Part shown: piece by piece, positions 25,801-30,736 of the stretch
How the letters are laid out: each line of letters begins with the position of its first letter
How positions within the stretch are numbered: position 1 is the first letter of the stretch
IMG/VR virus record: IMGVR_UViG_3300049783_001441
Strand: one strand, 5' to 3'
Source: a virus
Lineage: Duplodnaviria; Heunggongvirae; Uroviricota; Caudoviricetes
Length of the DNA: 30,736 bases
Position numbers and translations under genes: made by a program
The notes under the pieces: model-generated
What the model saw: only the letters and a program-made list of their open reading frames with translations
Databases searched by the model: none
Told to the model about the DNA's origin: nothing

Positions 25801-28800
25801 CCGCTGGCGTTCAGGGTGTAGTTGCCACTGTTGACGATGGTCACGATGCCGGCGCTGGAGACGTTACCAACATCGTAGTCTTCCACGTTCATAACGATGT
25901 CGTTATCGCCGACAACCGTGGTAACCACGCCGGTCTGGCGAGCCCGCGCACGGTGCAGAGAGGTAACCGGCACGGCGAGGGGGTTAACGACCGTCGAAAC
26001 TACTTTCTGTTCAATGGACAGCTCGAACGAGTACAGGTCTACCTGCTCACCTGTCGTGGTTCCGAGGCGGAACTCGATGGTTGAAACACCGGCTGTCAAG
26101 CCGAATAGCGGCACATTGATAATGTCGCCAGCCATGAACCCGGCGGTCAGGGTTGCCTGGGTGCTGGTGTACTCGGCACCGTTGACGCCCATGAACAGGG
26201 TGTAACGGGTGTCTGCGCCGCCCGTGTCGTTCAGACCGGGGCGGAAAGACACCGAGTAGTTACCGTCGTTAGGCACGGTGATTACGTTGGAGGCGACTGC
26301 AAAACTGTCGTTCTGGCGGCTCACTGCTAGGCTCAAGTCCACAACCGCCGCACCCGCAAAGGTAGCGTCGTTGGTGTTGATTGCTTGCGCCCCCGTGGCG
26401 TTGTAGGCCCGGACCAGGGAGTAATTGGCCAGTGCCGTGGGGGTTGCCATACCTGCCAGCACGACCGAGGTAGCGGGCTTGCTGTTGAGCGAGAACGAAA
26501 GCCCCGTGATTGCAAGGGTCTCACCGGCGGCATGGCCCGCGCGGAGGTCGATGACCGCGCCAGCCGTTAGCGGGCCGTCGTATGTGAGGGTCATATGGTA
26601 GGGGTAAGACGCGACCATTGCCGTGACGCCTTCGTCGAGAATAGCGGTCCCGTTACCGAGGTACCAATGCGCCTGGGTGCTTGTGCCGCCCCGGTCGACC
26701 ATGGCGATGCTGGCGGAGATAATGTAGTTACCAGTCGCCGGTACGGTGAAGCCAGTCGTACCCGCGATATTGTTGGTGTCGAGCTGCGCAGTGCCCAGCG
26801 TGAAGTCAACCACAGTGGCCGTCAAGTACGTGGTTGTACTTGCACCGCCGAGGGTTTGCAGCTCGGATCCCGTGTAGGGGATGGTGAAGCCGAGCTGGAC
26901 CAGCGAGGTAACCTCGGCCAAGCCGTGGACGTGGACCGACCACGCACCCGAGCCAAGGCTGATGACGGAGACTACTTCGCCGACCGAGGTCAGGGTGTAG
27001 GTTGCGTCTACAACACCGTTCAGCGTGTCGCCTACCTGGGGCGTGATGACCGCCCGGTAGAGTTCTACAGTCGAGCCGCCGATTACGGTCATACGAATCT
27101 GGTTCAGCCCCACGCTCGGCAGGGTGAACACGCCGGTTGCGGTGTACTCGGTGCTGTAGATGCTGTCTGCGAGAGCGGGTCCGGGGTCCGCGGTTACGGC
27201 CCCGCGCGAGATGAGGCCACTACCAGAGGCGTACTCCGATACCGCGCCGGCATCGATTCCCGATAGTGCCAGGCTACCCACAGCGGTCGCGTCGACAACG
27301 GCAGTGCCGTCTAGGTTGTAGACGGGCTCAATGATGAGGACGGGGGTTGCGCCCGATGCGCCGGTCCAAGTCAGCACCAAGCTCACTCGGAGCATACGAA
27401 CGTCGCCCCGGTCGGAAGCGGCCACGGTGGCGACTGCGGTGACGAGGCCGGCGTCCGTTCCGCCAGCGACTACCGCCGTGCCGGCTGTGCCGATCTCTAG
27501 CAGCTCAAAGGCGCTATTAGCGGCGTCCGAGTACCCGATACGGATAACGTGGTTAGCGTTTACAATGTCGTCAGGTAACTCGATGTTGATCTGGTACGTG
27601 TCGCCGCTCGTGAATGCGAGGGCACCGAGCGAGGCTTCAAAGGCCGTGGTGACGGCAGCGTCCGTGTCGGTGAGGGTAAGCAGTGACTTGCCGCCCCACG
27701 GTGACGCTGTACGGGAGGCCGCTCCCGTGCCAGTGCTCGGAACCGCGATGGCCGCCGGGAGCAGCGTATCAACGAGGTTGCGCTCGGTGTTGGCGGTAAA
27801 CTGCGTCCAAGTGCCTGCGTCGGCGGCGAAGGTCGCGCCGGAGATGCCGGTAGCCGTGCGGATGTAGGCTTCACCGTCTACGCTGATCTGCGTGCCCGCC
27901 GGGTAAGGGGCGGTCGCGGCAAACGCGTTGATGGTGGTCTGGCGGACGTAGGCCCACTTTGCAACCTCGGTCGCGTCGAAAGTGGCTTCCGAGTCGCCGG
28001 CTGCGACGTTCTGCACAATCACGCCGGCAACCGAGGCGTTCGCGGTGGCTCCCATGGCAAGGCGTTCGCCCGCGTAGTAGTAGGTCGCAGCGGCCCAGTC
28101 TGGAGTCGTTACCTGGGAAACAAAGGACCACGTCGCGGCCTCTGCACTGTCGAACGTCGCGCCTGACGAACCGGCTGCAATGCGGCTCAAGCGGCGGATA
28201 CCGGACAACACCTGCGCACCGGCATGGTAGTAAGTCGCTGCCGCCCATGCTGGGGTGTGCGCTTGCGCTGCGAGTGTCGAGGTCCAGTCGGCCTGCGCCC
28301 ACGCCACGACACCCTGGAAGGTCGCTGTAGCGGTGTAGAGGTTGCCGTCCTGCACAATCTGGGTGCCTGCGACGTAGAGCCCAGACGCGGAGTAGGCGTC
28401 TACACTGGCCTGGGACACGTAGGCCCAGTTACCAGCTTCCGCAAGGTCGAACGCTGCGCCGGCAGTGCCATCCGCCACGCGGCGGAGGTACACGCCGTTA
28501 AAGCGTACCAGTTGGTCCGCCGAGTAAACCAGGGTAGCGGCCCACAAAGGAACCGAGGTCGAGGTCTTCGCAGTCCACAGCGATGCGTCGAACGCGCCCG
28601 CGGCAGCGCCGGTAGCGATCTTGGCGTAGATGACGCCGCCCGAGGTCACCAGTTCGCCGGTGACGTAAATCGAGGCGGTTACCCACGCGGGTACACTGGC
28701 CTGCGACACGAGCGTCCAGTCGGCGGCTTCAGTGGCATCGAAGGCTGCTCCAGCCGTTCCGTCCGCCGTGCGGCGGAGTACTGCGCCGGTCGGGGAGATT

Positions 28801-30734
28801 GCCAGTTCGCCGGCAACGTACACGGCCAGAGTGGCCCACGGGTTGACCACGGTCGAGCCCGTGACCAGCGTCCAGTCGGCGTCCACAAAGGTTGCAGTGG
28901 AGGTGAATGCAGCCGTGGCTGCGTAGAGCTTACCGGCCTGCGAGATCTGCACGTTGGCCGGGTAAACGGCGGTGCCTGCGAAGGCACTCACCGACACCTG
29001 CGACACGTAGGTCCACGCGCCGGCCTCTGCCGTGTCGAACGTAGCCCCCGAGTCACCGGAAGCAGTGCGGGTAAGTAGCACGCCGTTCTGCTCGATTAGC
29101 GTCTGCGCCGGGTAGTTCGTGGCGGCAACCCATGCCGAGATCGTGGCGTCGTTTACGACTGACCAGTCCGCGGCTTCCGTTGCGTCGTATGCGGCACCCG
29201 AGGTGCCTGTAGCGGTGCGCTTTACAATCTGGTTAGCGCCGGCCTGTACCAGTTCGCCAGCCATGTAAATGGTGGTTGCGGCCCATGCACTGACGGTGCC
29301 TTGAGCGAGTAAGTCCCACGAAGCCGCCTCGACTGCGGTGAAGGTTGCCGCGGAGGTGCCGGCAGAAGAGCGGCGGAGCGTGCGGCCTGACTCGATGGCT
29401 AGCCCTTTATCGGAGTAGGCCGTAGCGGCGATCCAATCGACGACAATCGGGTCTACGTTGACGAGCTTCACCCAACTGGCGGTCTCGATTGCGAGCGAAG
29501 CGCCGGTGAGGCGGGCGGAGGAGCTTTGCCACAGCGTGTCGTCCTCGGAGATCTTCTCGCCGTCCATTACGACGCTAGCAGCTACGAAGCCAGCGATGGA
29601 GCGTTGGGCTGTGAGCGTCCAGGCGGCGGCCTCGGTCGCGTCGAAGGTCGCGTTGGATGTACCGGCTGCGATGCGGGTCATCGTGCGGTTACCGTCCGCG
29701 ACGACGGCGTTGGCGGGGTAGCTTGTGCTCGACGCCCACTGCTCGATCGCGGTGTAGGTACGCGCGGTCCATGAGGCCGCTGTGAACGCGCCCGCCGATG
29801 TGAAGGTGGCGTTCGACTCGTAGAGCGCTCCGGCCTCACTGACCAGCTCGCCTGCGATGTAGATCGAGGTAGCGGCCCAGCCGGTTGCGCCCACCTGGGA
29901 TACTAGGCTCCAATCTGCGGCTTCGGTAACATCGAAGGCTGCGCCTGAAGTGCCGGCGGCAATGCGGCGGAGCGTGCGCGTGCCTGACAGGACCAGTTGG
30001 CCCAGCGGGTAAGTCGTGGTAGCTGCCCATGCGGGCAAACCGCCCGACGTGCGCGGGGTCCAGCTTGCGGCGTTGAATGCGCCGGCACTGGTGAGCACTC
30101 CGGGTGCTTCGTAAATAATGCCGCCTTCAGTGGCCAGCTCTCCCGCGAAGTAAATGGTAGTGGCGACCCATGCTGGCACGCCCTGTTGAGCTACCAGCAG
30201 CCACGTAGCGGCTTCCGCTGCGTCCAGGGTTGCATTCGAGGTGCCGTCTGCAATGCGCCGGATCGTGCGGGTTCCCGCCAGGACCGTCTGGCCTGCGAGG
30301 TACGCCGTGCTAGCTGCCCATGCGTCCAGCGTGGTCGCCGATGTAATCGCGGCCCAGTTACCCTCGGTGAACGTGCCGGTTGATGTGAAAGTGGCGGCAG
30401 CAGCGTACAAAACGCCGGCTTCGGTCACAATCTCGCCAGCCATGTAGGTGGAAGTACCCGCCCATGCTGCGATCGTAGACTGGCTGATCAAGTTCCAGTT
30501 ACCGGCTTCGGCCAGAGTGAACGTAGCAGCGCTGGTACCCGTAATGGGGCGCGAGAGCAACCGGGTGCCCTCGGTTGCCGTTGCGTCTGCGGGGTACGAA
30601 GTGGAGCCGACGAACGCCGAGATACCGGCGGAAGGCTCCAGCACAACCGTCCAGCTCGCCACGCCGAATGCGCCAGCCGAGGTGAACGTAGCGCTTGCGG
30701 CGTAGATTACGCCGGTCTCAACTACCATTTCGCC
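22878..30734 (-). CDS. Giant tail-fibre/adhesin-like protein (>2600 aa, N-terminus outside the window): CBM5/12-like repeats, C1q-like domains, DUF3494 ice-binding-type domain, TSP3-like repeats, gp53-like C-terminus
   Basis: Frame stays open beyond ATG 30728 (GGC GAA ATG continues the repeat register). Contains tail-fibre-type modules (ITPQVGDTLNG...YTL...W; GSTVSVYGIK; C-terminal GYFDIGTMRIQWG...YPVAF...TGFTL...WIAIG). Confidence 0.9.
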   Translation of the reverse strand, partial: GEMVVETGVIYAASATFTSAGAFGVASWTVVLEPSAGISAFVGSTSYPADATATEGTRLLSRPITGTSAATFTLAEAGNWNLISQSTIAAWAGTSTYMAGEIVTEAGVLYAAAATFTSTGTFTEGNWAAITSATTLDAWAASTAYLAGQTVLAGTRTIRRIADGTSNATLDAAEAATWLLVAQQGVPAWVATTIYFAGELATEGGIIYEAPGVLTSAGAFNAASWTPRTSGGLPAWAATTTYPLGQLVLSGTRTLRRIAAGTSGAAFDVTEAADWSLVSQVGATGWAATSIYIAGELVSEAGALYESNATFTSAGAFTAASWTARTYTAIEQWASSTSYPANAVVADGNRTMTRIAAGTSNATFDATEAAAWTLTAQRSIAGFVAASVVMDGEKISEDDTLWQSSSARLTGASLAIETASWVKLVNVDPIVVDWIAATAYSDKGLAIESGRTLRRSSAGTSAATFTAVEAASWDLLAQGTVSAWAATTIYMAGELVQAGANQIVKRTATGTSGAAYDATEAADWSVVNDATISAWVAATNYPAQTLIEQNGVLLTRTASGDSGATFDTAEAGAWTYVSQVSVSAFAGTAVYPANVQISQAGKLYAATAAFTSTATFVDADWTLVTGSTVVNPWATLAVYVAGELAISPTGAVLRRTADGTAGAAFDATEAADWTLVSQASVPAWVTASIYVTGELVTSGGVIYAKIATGAAAGAFDASLWTAKTSTSVPLWAATLVYSADQLVRFNGVYLRRVADGTAGAAFDLAEAGNWAYVSQASVDAYSASGLYVAGTQIVQDGNLYTATATFQGVVAWAQADWTSTLAAQAHTPAWAAATYYHAGAQVLSGIRRLSRIAAGSSGATFDSAEAATWSFVSQVTTPDWAAATYYYAGERLAMGATANASVAGVIVQNVAAGDSEATFDATEVAKWAYVRQTTINAFAATAPYPAGTQISVDGEAYIRTATGISGATFAADAGTWTQFTANTERNLVDTLLPAAIAVPSTGTGAASRTASPWGGKSLLTLTDTDAAVTTAFEASLGALAFTSGDTYQINIELPDDIVNANHVIRIGYSDAANSAFELLEIGTAGTAVVAGGTDAGLVTAVATVAASDRGDVRMLRVSLVLTWTGASGATPVLIIEPVYNLDGTAVVDATAVGSLALSGIDAGAVSEYASGSGLISRGAVTADPGPALADSIYSTEYTATGVFTLPSVGLNQIRMTVIGGSTVELYRAVITPQVGDTLNGVVDATYTLTSVGEVVSVISLGSGAWSVHVHGLAEVTSLVQLGFTIPYTGSELQTLGGASTTTYLTATVVDFTLGTAQLDTNNIAGTTGFTVPATGNYIISASIAMVDRGGTSTQAHWYLGNGTAILDEGVTAMVASYPYHMTLTYDGPLTAGAVIDLRAGHAAGETLAITGLSFSLNSKPATSVVLAGMATPTALANYSLVRAYNATGAQAINTNDATFAGAAVVDLSLAVSRQNDSFAVASNVITVPNDGNYSVSFRPGLNDTGGADTRYTLFMGVNGAEYTSTQATLTAGFMAGDIINVPLFGLTAGVSTIEFRLGTTTGEQVDLYSFELSIEQKVVSTVVNPLAVPVTSLHRARARQTGVVTTVVGDNDIVMNVEDYDVGNVSSAGIVTIVNSGNYTLNASGGNNSVYQSTGPAYPHFTETYIKVNGVKAIRHRKQLGRAEAQADTMHVSTDYELVAGDTVQMGLHVTSIGPTGFLDLATLLGSVLSTKTLFTGTTTTITGATTSIPQPIWGDILSIGALSIGAETEVTGTIQGGSTVDVASTCVTGGNVEAVGSISLGASSTTAGAVHGGSTVDLLAAGVVTGAINATGVITLGAGASAGTQTTGVAAPVIADQTAAVTAAIDTLAALTATNTLTTAAGILATGAVITPGVYTTAAFLSVSAAAIITLDCQGRDAKFVFNIGSYFSAAAGAEIRVVNATDNVQVIWSVGTYAAIATLVNIPGVILARQYVTLAAGVVVTNPGNFCARVFANTYMTLATTVTVGSGEDCRGTYVSTTDTDGDGITDFDEIALGTNPALADSDADGVSDSAEVTALTDPNTALADQCVLSIRQNPSSSVVSLVVDPTYTEATTLAYSTASQASTDIQSNTIQSVAVPEVDAWHTGVPATTARLVMSGALFSESTNITVGNESYTCLQAGRYSLTAVIGWIETSNGPRYFAGAYKNGATVLAVSPAQQNSTSVHGATTVVWEGTLAVNDVIDIRFGADTAGALDIKTWSSSLTQLPTTEVVIPGSLTAVTLHRAKYARVSAQATLAGSDTDVVLETPEYNVGAIAAGGIVTIAQPGTYTLVGRAGNVTASNNSQVYIKVNGTVVARAVNAQSSSGDVDVQTVVSTHDLSIGDTVTLGVFTPSTDNTNTALSDRPTLEVTQLADSEVVEPSSVPVVDRRVLLGTLTGAVNASSVTISQAWGTLAATYETVEVQLTPKNAGTNIRLSSTIETADWADSTSTFLYHNGSSSLSLSQMDIAGSTANVAFSGTNAWNGSTVSVYGIKPQQSVINVTDAVVDDKTASGYFDIGTMRIQWGTTTATGGSVTYPVAFASVPVITPSMPDAPTGDRIANLSSLTTTGFTLNSWNTGANGVSNVGETVTWIAIGTKA
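22881..23150 (-). other. gp53-like/H-type-lectin-like C-terminal tail-fibre domain
   Basis: SGYFDIGTMRIQWG...VTYPVAFASVP...TTTGFTL...VTWIAIG. Confidence 0.75.
24552..24680 (-). other. Two bacterial TSP3-like Ca2+-binding repeats
   Basis: DTDGDGITDFDEIALGTNP and DSDADGVSDSAEVTALTDP. Confidence 0.85.
24720..25545 (-). other. DUF3494 (ice-binding-like) beta-solenoid domain within the giant protein
   Basis: ITPGVY (25047-25064)...ITLDCQGRDAKFVFNIGSYF...VIWSVG...GVILA..VTL...ARVFA..MTL follows the DUF3494 signature (LTPGVY...LTLDAQG...FIFQIG...VFWQVG...GNILA...GRLLA...VTL); preceded by the long helix DQTAAVTAAIDTLAAL. Confidence 0.85.
27800..30734 (-). repeat. About 20 tandem CBM5/12 (ChtBD3)-like protein repeats of two subtypes
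   Basis: Consensus W-A-A-x-T-x-Y-x-A-G-(E/Q)-x-V...G...(Y/L)...F...W, counted by eye in the translation. Confidence 0.75.
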
Positions 30735-30736
30735 TG

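Larger units (their letters stand above)
1..30736. mobile_element. Segment of a probable large bacteriophage (or phage-like element) genome: replication/recombination arm plus a giant fibre gene
   Basis: Dense, mostly orphan, translationally coupled genes; exonuclease-Sak4-SSB-like trio typical of phages; RecD/Dda-like helicase; giant protein with tail-fibre-type modules; no host housekeeping genes. No capsid, terminase or integrase in the window, so an ICE or megaplasmid is not formally excluded. Confidence 0.75.

Noticed and set aside
23313-30705. Many plus-strand ORFs (e.g. 28224-29078, 26595-27266, 25060-25650) opposite the giant gene
   Set aside because: Antisense shadows of a GC-rich, Ala/Thr/Val-rich coding strand; no SD sites or recognisable motifs.
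1-30736. tRNA, rRNA or alternative genetic code
   Set aside because: No cloverleaf or rRNA-like segment seen; long ORFs are intact under the standard code, and TAG, TAA and TGA all end genes.

Overview
High-GC segment that reads as part of a large bacteriophage (or phage-like element) genome. It has sigma70-type promoters, SD sites, intrinsic terminators and TAATG/ATGA-coupled genes. Left arm (+): a 5'-truncated DUF3987-like ATPase, a SNF2-type helicase, a Lys-rich orphan, and a Cas4/AddB-like Fe-S exonuclease + Sak4/AAA_24-like ATPase + acidic-tailed SSB-like recombination trio. Next is a separately promoted and terminated three-gene operon ending in a 2112-aa DUF6094-like adenine methyltransferase-SNF2 helicase fusion (DarB-like architecture). 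A short minus-strand block follows (Cys-rich small ORF, HTH regulator, 611-aa orphan), then a divergent + operon with a DUF2786-like protein and a RecD/Dda-like SF1B helicase. The right 7.9 kb is a >2600-aa minus-strand fibre/adhesin, open at the window edge. It carries about 20 CBM5/12-like repeats, five C1q-like domains and a gp53-like tail-fibre C-terminus. A DUF3494 ice-binding-type beta-solenoid plus Ca-binding TSP3-like repeats appear to be inserted into one C1q domain; this is the most striking feature. All family calls come from motif recognition by eye; no database search was run.
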